This document shows positions 1-7,810 of a DNA stretch of 20,000 nt, in pieces. The DNA is from an uncultured virus (IMG/VR IMGVR_UViG_3300005201_000352). Lineage: Duplodnaviria > Heunggongvirae > Uroviricota > Caudoviricetes. The stretch's first letter is position 1. Each line of letters starts with the position of its first letter. A program made the translations under genes and the position numbers. Location: the IMG/VR virus record IMGVR_UViG_3300005201_000352; one strand, given 5' to 3'. The notes under the pieces were generated by a model that did not search any database, was not told where the DNA came from, and saw only the letters and a list, made by a program, of their open reading frames with translations.

Positions 1-441
1 TCACCCCGCAATCTTCATGCTGTTTTTCTCCAACTGATCCAGTATCTCGTTAAACTTTTTGGTATTAACTCCGGCTTGGATCATCTCCGCTATTAGCCTG
101 TCTATTGTTTCCATGCGCTCTTTCTTTGTATAGTCTCTCCATGACTTAAGTCTGTAGTCTTCGCGCCCTTCGGGGCAGGGAGTGCCGTCAATGTTGACAA
201 GGTTGCAAAACTTCTCCATTCCCGCGCCCAAAAAAAGTTTAATCAATGCTCTGAAGTGTTCAAAACTTCGCGCTTTGTATGAATGACAGCCGCTTGACCA
301 ATAGACTTGTAAAAGACTATGCCAAGTCTTATTTTGCGCCGCCGTCCCCTCCGCCGCTGGCTCGCAGTTATAATAACAGCCGGTCTTAGGATCATCTCCG
401 TTGCAGGTGAATTGACCGGGGGCTGTTATTAAGATTTTCAT
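1..441 (-). CDS. NinB/Orf-like phage recombination accessory protein (putative)
   Basis: TAAQNKTWHSLL and LKSWRDYTKKERMETIDRLIAEM resemble NinB-like motifs (T/S-x-x-QN-x-x-x-H; S-x-x-x-x-T-K-x-E-x-x-x-x-ID); downstream of the ssb/SSAP genes. Confidence 0.5.
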   Translation of the reverse strand: MKILITAPGQFTCNGDDPKTGCYYNCEPAAEGTAAQNKTWHSLLQVYWSSGCHSYKARSFEHFRALIKLFLGAGMEKFCNLVNIDGTPCPEGREDYRLKSWRDYTKKERMETIDRLIAEMIQAGVNTKKFNEILDQLEKNSMKIAG

Positions 442-1025
442 TGTTCGTCTATACGCCCAACTTTTTCCGGCATAAAGGATAGTGCGCCTAAAACTCCGTC
501 AACATATTTACCGCCATGTAATTCAATAAGCGTTTCTGCGGAAAGCTGTTTTGTGTTCGGGATGTATTTCAAACTCCCTCCCTTTATGCGATTTCTCAAG
601 TAGGTATCCGAACATTGCAAGTATCTTGCGGCAGTCGCTAACGAAACAGGTTCATTGTATATCTCTACAGCCGTTATAACTTCGTATAGAGACGTATAAT
701 ACCCTCTCCTGTGTTTTTGCATATATTTTATAAACCTGTTAAAAATATCCCAAGATATTTTTCCTTGCAGAAAGCGTTTGTCAACATCCCAAAACTCAAT
801 TTCATGGTGTATTTTGTATCCAACCGCTTCCCTTACGTCTTCGTCCAGCCCCGCATAGATTCTATCTTCTCTTTCATATACTGTTGCCCACGGTACAAGT
901 CCGAATGTTTCTATACTGGCGATTGGCTGCTCTGCGATTTCAACGGCAAAATCATCATCGTCTTCCGCATTTAATTTTTTACGAAACAGATCAATAATTT
1001 CGTTTATTGTTACTGTTATTGTCAT
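438..1025 (-). CDS. Phage protein with C-terminal excisionase/MerR-like HTH
   Basis: VSLATAARYLQCSDTYLRNRIKGGSL is HTH-like; SD AAGGAGG upstream. Confidence 0.6.
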   Translation of the reverse strand: MTITVTINEIIDLFRKKLNAEDDDDFAVEIAEQPIASIETFGLVPWATVYEREDRIYAGLDEDVREAVGYKIHHEIEFWDVDKRFLQGKISWDIFNRFIKYMQKHRRGYYTSLYEVITAVEIYNEPVSLATAARYLQCSDTYLRNRIKGGSLKYIPNTKQLSAETLIELHGGKYVDGVLGALSFMPEKVGRIDEQ

Positions 1026-1041
1026 GTATTCGCCTCCTTAT

Positions 1042-1446
1042 TTACCAAGCAACTCCGGGAGTGAAACCATTATCGGAATTGTGGTTGCTGTTTGAATTCC
1101 CATTTGAATTACCGCCATTGGAATTCCCGTTGCCTAAAAGCTGTACGCTGTTGGCGTTAATCACTACCTTTGACCTGTTCTGCCCGTCCTGTTGCCAGTG
1201 GTCTTGCCTTAATTCTCCGCTGATTGCCACCTGCTTGCCTTTTACAAGGTACTGGTGAAGAGTTTCAGCCTGTTTGCCGAACAGGGTAATGTCAAAAAAG
1301 TTTGCCACATCCTCCCACCCGTCGCCCTGTTTCTTTCGATAATTTACGGCTATTGAAAAATTGCTAACCGCAAATCCGCTTGACGTTGTTTTCAATTCAG
1401 CGTCTCTTGTCAATCTTCCTACCAAAACTACACAGTTGGTATCCAT
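1042..1446 (-). CDS. ssb: Single-stranded DNA-binding protein
   Basis: NCVVLVGRLTRDAELK...FSIAVN...LVKGKQVAISGELRQDHW OB-fold signature; Asn/Gly/Ser-rich tail. Confidence 0.95.
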   Translation of the reverse strand: MDTNCVVLVGRLTRDAELKTTSSGFAVSNFSIAVNYRKKQGDGWEDVANFFDITLFGKQAETLHQYLVKGKQVAISGELRQDHWQQDGQNRSKVVINANSVQLLGNGNSNGGNSNGNSNSNHNSDNGFTPGVAW

Positions 1447-1456
1447 TCTTTTCCTC

Positions 1457-2551
1457 CTAAAATATTTCTATTTCTCCGCTTTTCGCGGTATTGCCCTTGT
1501 TTTCATTCCACGGAATGTCATCAATGAATTCAGCTGTTTCCTTCGTAGTATTGGTTTCTTCCGGGACAGTCGTAGTCTTTACAGAGGGGGCAGTCGCCGG
1601 GGCATCCCCGAAAGGGATCGGCTTATTCTCCGCCTCTCTTTTTGCCAGATCGTTTTTCAGCCTTAAATACTGGTTTTTAAGCACTTGCAAATTTGCCGCT
1701 CCGCTTGCAATGGCTTTTTCCTTTTCTTTTTCGCTGTCGGTAAAATAAGGGTAATGATCGGGGTTCGCTGTAAAGAGAATGGCTTTAATCGCGCCTAAAA
1801 GAGACTGCTGGTCATTCGGTATATTTTCAGTCTTTTTAGTTTCCGGGGTTACGTTTCTTTCGTGGGGTGTATTTCCGTCAGGTTCGCTATGATCATCCCC
1901 GTTGCCATTAGGTCCAAGATCGTCTAAATCCTGCGTGAAAATATCGCTTGCCGCAGTTGCGGTGATTGTCGCGTCCACGTAAGCGCGTTTCTTGCTTATT
2001 TTAAGCACTGTGTTATAGCAGTCGGCAATGTCGGTATTTTCTATTTTTCCTACTTTCTGTTCGGTTATAGCTGGATCATCTTCGTCAAATTTAGCACCGC
2101 AACCGCCTTTTTTCCCGTAACAAATCCACCCGCCGCCGTATTCCTTTTTTCCGGCAATGATTGTTTCCATGCCGCATTTCGGGCATTTTCTGCCCGCGTT
2201 TCTCCACCGGTATTTGCTTTCCATTGTGGAAGCTGAACCAACACCCTCGGCAATCTTATTTCCCGATTCAATGTGGAATACCTTGCAATGAGTAAGTACC
2301 TCCCTGTGTCCGTTTGGCAGTTCTTTTATTTCCTGCGTAAAATCGGGGCGTAGGCGGAACATGAACATTAGTTTATCCGCTCCGGGCTTTAGCAGATTCT
2401 TTTTTTCATCACCCGGAAAACTTTTACCGTAATGTGTTCCTTCCTGCATTAAATCGCGCATGAGGCTTTGAACCTTAGTCACTTGGGATTTTACTTCGAC
2501 TACCGATAATTCGCGCTGGTTTTCAATAACCGCAACCTCATTTTCACTCAT
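1457..2551 (-). CDS. Putative single-strand annealing protein with Zn-ribbon insertion
   Basis: HYG..FPG..KKNLLKPGADKL and NTVLKISKKRAYVDATITATAASDIFTQDLDD recall phage SSAP-like families; CPKCG...C...GGCG insertion; lies directly upstream of ssb and two small ORFs downstream of Gp157. Confidence 0.6.
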   Translation of the reverse strand: MSENEVAVIENQRELSVVEVKSQVTKVQSLMRDLMQEGTHYGKSFPGDEKKNLLKPGADKLMFMFRLRPDFTQEIKELPNGHREVLTHCKVFHIESGNKIAEGVGSASTMESKYRWRNAGRKCPKCGMETIIAGKKEYGGGWICYGKKGGCGAKFDEDDPAITEQKVGKIENTDIADCYNTVLKISKKRAYVDATITATAASDIFTQDLDDLGPNGNGDDHSEPDGNTPHERNVTPETKKTENIPNDQQSLLGAIKAILFTANPDHYPYFTDSEKEKEKAIASGAANLQVLKNQYLRLKNDLAKREAENKPIPFGDAPATAPSVKTTTVPEETNTTKETAEFIDDIPWNENKGNTAKSGEIEIF

Positions 2552-2622
2552 AGTTTCTCTCCTTCTCTTTATTTTCAGTTGCTAGACAGTTGTTTTTGTT
2601 TTAGTTTTGCTCTTTTTAGCTT

Positions 2623-2820
2623 TCATAAATCTTCCCCCTCGCTTTTTATTTTTTCTGCTCCCATAAAATTGATATTAGTTTTACCACCTGTCAAAAGCTC
2701 TCCAGTTAATAATTCGTATGCCCGATCCGATACCTCAACAATTTCTGTGTAGTAATAGTCCTTATATACATCAACACCGCATTGACCGTACCCATGTAAA
2801 ATAAAACGTATCTTTTTCAT
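2623..2820 (-). CDS. Hypothetical phage protein
   Basis: ATGA overlap with upstream gene; SD GGAGGGGG. Confidence 0.65.
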   Translation of the reverse strand: MKKIRFILHGYGQCGVDVYKDYYYTEIVEVSDRAYELLTGELLTGGKTNINFMGAEKIKSEGEDL

Positions 2821-3059
2821 TCTTCCCCCTCCGGCATTTCAAAGTATTCAAACGGCACATTGCAAAACATAAGCATTGCGTTGTTTTGGAAGTGAATGTA
2901 AAGCACGTTGTCAGTGCCGATTGTTATGTTTTCGATGATTGATGTAATAGCAAAGGTTTCTCTAACATAAGAAAAATCATCGCCGGTTTCAAATACCCTG
3001 CTTCCTTCAATCGGACAATAGACGATTGCGCTTTTTTTCTTTTTCATATTCTCCTCCAT
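2817..3059 (-). CDS. Hypothetical phage protein
   Basis: ORF coupled to the Gp157 stop (TAATG). Confidence 0.65.
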   Translation of the reverse strand: MEENMKKKKSAIVYCPIEGSRVFETGDDFSYVRETFAITSIIENITIGTDNVLYIHFQNNAMLMFCNVPFEYFEMPEGEE

Positions 3060-3694
3060 TACCTTATATAAAGAGCCTCTCCGCCTAAATACGTGACACC
3101 TGTTAATTCATGTTCGCCGTTTTGATCACGGTAGAACAGTTTCCCCTTAACAAGCTGATCTTCATCTGAGTTCTTTTCATACAGCCTGCCGTTTTCTATC
3201 GCTTCTTTTATTTTGGATTTATTTATATCTCTTGTGAGATATTCAACCGGAATATTGTCAGGATTGAAAAAGCCTTTTACTGTGTCTAAACTTTTCTGTG
3301 TTGCTTGCCAGTTTGCAGTGAACAGGTCAGTTTTTATTGTTTTCTTTCCTACTTTTTCCATGAGATAGGCAAGCAAGCCCTTAACTCTGTTCGCTTCGTT
3401 TTCCCTTGCCTTCGCTCTTTTTTGCAGCCTGTCCATTTCCGCTTTCATCGCGCTTTTTTCCGCTTCGGCGATCTCGGCTTGAAGTTTCAGGTTTTTGAAA
3501 ACCTTACAGATACCGTCCATTTTGTCTTTAATGTCATGACCAATCTTGTCGATCTGTTCAGATATAAAAGATTTTTCGTCTTCGGTTAATTCTCTGGTCT
3601 CGCCAGTGTCAGGATCGGTCAATTCGTTGATCAAGGACACCAGCGCGTCCCATTCGCCGCCTAACTGGTAGGCGGTCATTCGTTTTTCAGCCAT
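3059..3694 (-). CDS. Siphovirus Gp157 family (Gam-like coiled-coil) protein
   Basis: MTAYQL...IKDKMDGICKVFKNL...AMKAEMDRLQKRAKARENEANRVKGLLAYLME...IKTDLFT...INKSKIKEAI...EALYIR pattern; SD AAGGAGGT. Confidence 0.85.
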   Translation of the reverse strand: MAEKRMTAYQLGGEWDALVSLINELTDPDTGETRELTEDEKSFISEQIDKIGHDIKDKMDGICKVFKNLKLQAEIAEAEKSAMKAEMDRLQKRAKARENEANRVKGLLAYLMEKVGKKTIKTDLFTANWQATQKSLDTVKGFFNPDNIPVEYLTRDINKSKIKEAIENGRLYEKNSDEDQLVKGKLFYRDQNGEHELTGVTYLGGEALYIR

Positions 3695-3902
3695 TTTGCA
3701 CCTCCTTCACCTCAGCTTCTATGCACCCTTTTAGTCTTGTCAGTGAATCTTCCCCGTTGTTTCCTATCGACTCATCATAAAAAGCGGCGCACACAAACAT
3801 TTTTTCCATGCAAGGGTGATATTGATAAGGGTTAGAGTATTTTTTGCAAAAGCGGCAATATTTACAATTGCCTTCATGATTTATTTCAACTATAACTTTC
3901 AT
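3687..3902 (-). CDS. Small Cys-rich (Zn-binding?) phage protein; paralog of 6344-6601
   Basis: MKVIVEI..C..C..C...CAAF...R...CIEAE; SD GGAGGT. Confidence 0.7.
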   Translation of the reverse strand: MKVIVEINHEGNCKYCRFCKKYSNPYQYHPCMEKMFVCAAFYDESIGNNGEDSLTRLKGCIEAEVKEVQNG

Positions 3903-4036
3903 TTTACCTCCGCTATTATTTGTTCTAATAAACTTGATCGCGTTTCTCTCAACGAGCCGTTAATTTGATCAATGCGCTCTAAAATTTCTTTAAACAACCT
4001 GTTCGTTTTTTCTATTTCTTTTTCCAGTTCACTCAT
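3899..4036 (-). CDS. 45-aa coiled-coil hypothetical protein (MSELEKEIEKTNRLFKEIL...IIAEVK)
   Basis: Translated by hand; ATGA overlaps at both ends; below the ORF-track cutoff. Confidence 0.6.
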   Translation of the reverse strand: MSELEKEIEKTNRLFKEILERIDQINGSLRETRSSLLEQIIAEVK

Positions 4037-4263
4037 TTTTCAATCCTCTCTATTGCCAGCGTTTCAATTTCTTCAACCGCCTTATCGGTTAATACTTCAA
4101 TGATTGATTCTCCGCAGTGGAGAATATCAATGTCATCAATAGTCGCACCTTCGCCGGGATAACCGGGATCGCCGTTTCTCATGTGCATCTTTCCTTCGTA
4201 TCCCGGCTGATAATCGCCTGTAACCGTGAGATCAACGCCGTTGTAATTAACTGTCGCTGTCAT
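4033..4263 (-). CDS. Acidic phage protein with NGDPGYP motif; paralog of 6610-6858
   Basis: ATG at 4263 after SD AAGGAGG; YQPGYEGKMHMRNGDPGYPGE. Confidence 0.75.
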   Translation of the reverse strand: MTATVNYNGVDLTVTGDYQPGYEGKMHMRNGDPGYPGEGATIDDIDILHCGESIIEVLTDKAVEEIETLAIERIEK

Positions 4264-4378
4264 TTTCAACCTCCTTCACTTCCATAAACGCAAGCGGACA
4301 CCTGTTCAGCCAGACCATAAGCTCAAACCTTATGCCGTCTTTTTCGTCTTTTTCTGTTACCAAATCTCTAAGCAACAT
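4247..4378 (-). CDS. 43-aa hypothetical protein (MLLRDLVTEKDEKDGIRFELMVW...)
   Basis: Strong SD TAAGGAGG before ATG 4378; fills the gap between genes. Confidence 0.5.
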   Translation of the reverse strand: MLLRDLVTEKDEKDGIRFELMVWLNRCPLAFMEVKEVENDSDS

Positions 4379-4388
4379 ATCAGCCTCC

Positions 4389-4715
4389 TTAAAGCCTTGT
4401 ATTCATGCCGGTCGCCAGAGTAAAAAACTCTTGCAGTTGGTCAAACATTAAATCTTTATGTTCCTTTACAACTTCGTTTTTGCCGCCAGTGATTTTTCCG
4501 GTGTTGATGTTTATTTTTTCCGTTGTAACATACCTAAATTCCATGTCGTAAAGATCAAGTCCGTTCAGCGTTACCGACAGGTAGTTTGCCTTTGATCTGT
4601 TTCTGCCAATTCTCATGCTCAAAGAGTTTTTTCCGCCTAATAAGTTTTTTGCGCCTGTCATCGCTATAAACTTGTTGCCGCCTAACTGGTCTAAAATTGT
4701 TTGCGCTATTGTCAT
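4389..4715 (-). CDS. Conserved phage early hypothetical protein (IAQTILxQLGGNKFIAMTGAK family)
   Basis: Recognisable N-terminal motif and DLYDMEF...QLQEFFT..TG..TRL; SD AAGGAGG. Confidence 0.8.
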   Translation of the reverse strand: MTIAQTILDQLGGNKFIAMTGAKNLLGGKNSLSMRIGRNRSKANYLSVTLNGLDLYDMEFRYVTTEKININTGKITGGKNEVVKEHKDLMFDQLQEFFTLATGMNTRL

Positions 4716-4726
4716 TTTGATCCTCC

Positions 4727-5467
4727 TTATACTGTGGCGAACCTCGCCATTGCGTTTTGCATAATACAGTGAGCTTCAAACATTCCGCGCACCTTAAAAC
4801 CTGCCGGTATAAATCCGCTTCTTGCCATAAGATCACTCAGCCTGTTCAATCTTTCTTCATGCTCTAATTCTTTTGTCAGCTTTTTGTTCTCCTCGACCAG
4901 TGGATAGAGGATATTTACCTCAGCCATTATCTTCCGCTCTTCCGCTGTTATCGGTCTCGCTACATAGACTTCTTTCATCGGCTTGGTCTTGTTAAGCCAT
5001 TTCTGGTCAAAGATTTTCTCAAGCGGAACGAGATCAAACTTTTTGGTTGCAAAAAAGTCTTCGATTTCAATTTGTTTGTGTTTTTGCTGTTTCTCCACAT
5101 AAACCTTAACTGCGTTGTCAACAATTCCAGATGCTTCTTTGATTACCTTGCGAATCTGTTTGATGTTCTCGTCAATGTTTTGCAGGGGTTTCTCATAAGC
5201 TTTTTTCAATATCGCGTACTGGTCTGCGATATTCTTTTCTGCCTTGTTTAATTCTGCCCTGTCTTTTTTTGCGACATCCTCAAGCGGGACATAATTCGGC
5301 TCAAGGTATTTGCGGTACGCATCATCTGCGTCTTGCATACTTGCCTGAATAGACCTTACAGCGTCCTTATGTGCAACCACTACACGCTGAAAGGTATTCT
5401 CCAAGTCCTTCTCGCTGATTTCGCTGATTTCTAGATCGGCGATAACCATTGGTACTGCTTCATTCAT
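4727..5467 (-). CDS. DUF1351 family phage protein
   Basis: AKKDRAELNK...LKKAYEKP...IKEASGIVD..VK...LEKIFDQKWLNKT matches the DUF1351 pattern. Confidence 0.75.
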   Translation of the reverse strand: MNEAVPMVIADLEISEISEKDLENTFQRVVVAHKDAVRSIQASMQDADDAYRKYLEPNYVPLEDVAKKDRAELNKAEKNIADQYAILKKAYEKPLQNIDENIKQIRKVIKEASGIVDNAVKVYVEKQQKHKQIEIEDFFATKKFDLVPLEKIFDQKWLNKTKPMKEVYVARPITAEERKIMAEVNILYPLVEENKKLTKELEHEERLNRLSDLMARSGFIPAGFKVRGMFEAHCIMQNAMARFATV

Positions 5468-5612
5468 CTTTCTTCTCCTCCTTTTTCTTTGGTTTAATAC
5501 GACATTTCATACACTCGGCATACGGACAAATAGTCCACGGTGTATGGGTTTGGGGACATTCTAAACTCTGACACAATATGCCTGTATTTATCATTTTAAT
5601 TTCCTCAACCAT
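5460..5612 (-). CDS. 50-aa Cys-rich protein (MVEEIKMINTGILCQSLECPQTHTPWTICPYAECMKCRIK...)
   Basis: Translated by hand; SD AAGGAGGT; overlaps both neighbouring genes. Confidence 0.6.
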   Translation of the reverse strand: MVEEIKMINTGILCQSLECPQTHTPWTICPYAECMKCRIKPKKKEEKKDE

Positions 5613-6130
5613 TTTGCACCTCCTTTGGCGGAAATAACCGCCTGCCGCATGATGGGCAGTATTTATAATTTTCCCAATCTGGNNNNNNNNNNNNNNNNNN
5701 NNNNNNNNNNNNNNNNNNNNNNNNNNNNNNNNNNNNNNNNNNNNNNNNNNNNNNNNNNNNNNNNNNNNNNNNNNNNNNNNNNNNNNNNNNNNNNNNNNNN
5801 NNNNNNNNNNNNNNNNNNNNNNNNNNNNNNNNNNNNNAATCCTTCACAAAATCTGTACTCGATCCGGCAGTGAGGGCAGTTCACGCTATCATAATGATCT
5901 ATGTCATCTAACCACCATCTTTCCGGCTCGGTAAAATCGCGCTCCCATTTTTCGTTGAGAGCTTGAGTTACAAACCGGAATAATTCAGTTTCTATAAAAC
6001 CGGCTTCTTTACGCGGTATAGATTTGTTATGATTAATCACGTTAACCCATATCATCTGTCCTAAATGTACGGCTCCAAACTTACTGCAAGTAAATGGCGG
6101 CTTTAATAATTTTTTAAGGGTTTTTGTCAT
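5605..6130 (-). CDS. Phage protein with C-terminal Zn-ribbon, spanning an N gap
   Basis: MTKTLKK... to VNCPHCRIEYRFCEG [gap] PDWENYKYCPSCGRRL; the two halves form one CxxC...YCPxCG finger. Confidence 0.6.
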
Positions 6131-6131
6131 T

Positions 6132-6347
6132 TTAAGCCGCCTTATCTTCATCAAGCCGCAGAGTAACAGCATCATAAACCTCAATGATTCTTTCATACTT
6201 GATAAGATGTGTTGATGTCTGTATCGCGGCGAAAAGATTTTTATAGTAGTTGTATCCGCGCTCTATATTGAGTAACCAGTTTTTCTTTCCGCGTTCGGAA
6301 TTAAGATAATCGATTACTTTCTGTACCCGCTTTTCTAAAATGTTCAT
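6132..6347 (-). CDS. Hypothetical phage protein
   Basis: ATGA coupling; SD GGAG. Confidence 0.65.
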   Translation of the reverse strand: MNILEKRVQKVIDYLNSERGKKNWLLNIERGYNYYKNLFAAIQTSTHLIKYERIIEVYDAVTLRLDEDKAA

Positions 6348-6601
6348 AAATTCTCCACACTTACAGCAAAATCAGAAGCCGCTTTTGAAATCTCGTATAG
6401 CCGGTTGTATTCTTCCTCTGCCGCTTTACACACAGGAAGGCGTAACGGATAGTCATCTTGTTCTGGCACTAAAAGAATTTTTCCAAACGCAGAACATCTA
6501 ACTTCAATATTCCTCTCATCATGCGGATATTTGTATTGCATACAGATACAGCCGATACAATGTGTCACTCTAGTTGGTTTAATTTCAATAATGATCTTCA
6601 T
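6344..6601 (-). CDS. Small Cys-rich phage protein; paralog of 3687-3902
   Basis: MKIIIEI...CIGC.C...CSAF...R...CKAAE. Confidence 0.7.
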   Translation of the reverse strand: MKIIIEIKPTRVTHCIGCICMQYKYPHDERNIEVRCSAFGKILLVPEQDDYPLRLPVCKAAEEEYNRLYEISKAASDFAVSVENL

Positions 6602-6609
6602 CTAACCCC

Positions 6610-6858
6610 CTACCCTGCTATACCGCAAGGTTGATTTATTTGATTAACCGCCATCGCTTCAATCTCACGAATCATATTGTCGCTTAATACGTCGATGATT
6701 GATTCTCCTTTGTGGAGAATATCAAACTCTTCAAAGCCTGCCGGTTCGCCGGGATAACCCGGGTCTCCGTTGCTCATGTACATTCTGCCTTCATAGCCCG
6801 GCGAATATTCGCCTACGAGCGTAAGCTCTACGTCGTTGATAGTGATGTTAATTTCCAT
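6610..6858 (-). CDS. Acidic phage protein with NGDPGYP motif; paralog of 4033-4263
   Basis: ATG at 6858; YSPGYEGRMYMSNGDPGYPGE...DILHKGESIIDVLSD. Confidence 0.75.
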   Translation of the reverse strand: MEINITINDVELTLVGEYSPGYEGRMYMSNGDPGYPGEPAGFEEFDILHKGESIIDVLSDNMIREIEAMAVNQINQPCGIAG

Positions 6859-7111
6859 TTTCGCCCTCGATTTCATCAAAGAACTTTTTTAGGACAGGGA
6901 AGTAATCTTTCCTTAAACCAAGACCGGAACTTATCCAGAGCCATTTATGATCACCATCACAATACTCTCTGAAACTGTAAATTGTGATACCGTAATCTAG
7001 TGATTTTCTGTCATCAACAACAGCTATCATTTCTCCGTTTTCACCTTCACAAATAGCGTGCTTGGGGTTGCCTCTGCTTTCAAGCCATTCTGTTAAATTT
7101 CTGTATTCCAT
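6848..7111 (-). CDS. Hypothetical phage protein
   Basis: ATG 7111 with SD GGGAG. Confidence 0.65.
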   Translation of the reverse strand: MEYRNLTEWLESRGNPKHAICEGENGEMIAVVDDRKSLDYGITIYSFREYCDGDHKWLWISSGLGLRKDYFPVLKKFFDEIEGENGN

Positions 7112-7122
7112 AATCAATCTCC

Positions 7123-7359
7123 CTATTTCCAAAAATCGCTGTTAGCATCTACAATCTTTAATTTTGTAGATAATCCCTCGATACAAAGCCTGAGCATTGA
7201 AACAAATACGTTAGCCGCTAATGTATCAACTCCTTCCTTAAAGCAGCACCAAAGCTCATCTTCGTCCCAGTAGAACTTAAAACTGCTTTCTGAAAAATGC
7301 TGCCTTGCTGCGTCCCGTGCATTTCTAATCGTTATGCTGTTTGCTTTTACCATTTTCAT
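7123..7359 (-). CDS. Hypothetical protein, first gene after promoter cassette copy 1
   Basis: Start re-assigned to ATG 7359 (SD AAGGAG); the track's upstream extension lies inside the duplicated non-coding leader. Confidence 0.65.
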   Translation of the reverse strand: MKMVKANSITIRNARDAARQHFSESSFKFYWDEDELWCCFKEGVDTLAANVFVSMLRLCIEGLSTKLKIVDANSDFWK

Positions 7360-7547
7360 CTTCAACTCCTTCGGTTGCCTCAGTAACCTATTTAATTTTT
7401 TATAAGATTTATTTATCATCTTATATTTATATTATAGCGTATAAGTAAATATATATCAATAGTTTTTAGAAAATATTTTATCTTTTTTGAAAATATTTTT
7501 TTGTTTTACTTAACATTTGTTTACTTTTTTGTAATTGCGCGTAACGG
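7355..7547 (-). repeat. Promoter/leader/RBS cassette, copy 1 (direct repeat of 15346-15541)
   Basis: 7390-7510 is nearly identical to 15383-15504 (one indel in a T-run, one mismatch); flanks are also similar. Confidence 0.95.
7431..7459 (-). promoter_or_regulatory. Strong sigma70 promoter TTGATA-17-TATAAT with AT-rich UP region
   Basis: -35 at 7454-7459, -10 at 7431-7436; TATAAGAT/ATCTTATA inverted repeat (7401-7425) at the predicted start site. Confidence 0.85.
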
Positions 7548-7588
7548 TTAGTTAAAAATGTTTTAATCTCCTTTTTTAATTAAAGTTT

Positions 7589-7653
7589 ACTGGTAGGTGA
7601 GAATCGAACTCACATACAACTCTGCCGAGCTGCCGTTTCCACTAATCAACCAG
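7589..7653 (-). ncRNA. Truncated tRNA-like RNA (65 nt): acceptor stem and T-arm, no D-stem, anticodon arm closed by a GGCA tetraloop
   Basis: CUGGUUG-AUUAGUGGAAACG-GCAGCUC(GGCA)GAGUUGU-AU-GUGAG(UUCGAUU)CUCAC-CUACCAG-U. Confidence 0.7.
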
Positions 7654-7662
7654 TACCTACTT

Positions 7663-7780
7663 GCGATGAACCAATTCTGCACCCCGGGTTACTATGCCTA
7701 GTTCCCATCTTCCTTCTGGCTGGCGCCTGACACTGGATTTCGTGCGCCATTTAACAGACTGTCATTTACGGCATCATCGC
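7663..7780 (-). ncRNA. Putative multi-stem structured RNA domain between the two tRNA-like RNAs
   Basis: Nested helices GCGAUGA/UCAUCGC, UGCC/GGCA, UCUG/CAGA, UGGCGC/GCGCCA; GC-rich relative to flanks; no credible ORF. Confidence 0.45.
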
Positions 7781-7810
7781 TTTCGTTCTTTTCCTTAGGA
7801 GGGGAAAAGA

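Noticed and set aside
5683..5837. N gap with apparent frameshift inside the Zn-ribbon gene (also 17643-17802 in cadA and 19669-19825 in the ArsR gene)
   Set aside because: Flanking protein sequences join with only a few residues missing (AAIEAA|MTDEP; LSNL|QIVFYS), and all three gaps are 155-160 N, so they are most likely scaffolding placeholders rather than pseudogenes or insertions. Cannot be excluded without reads.
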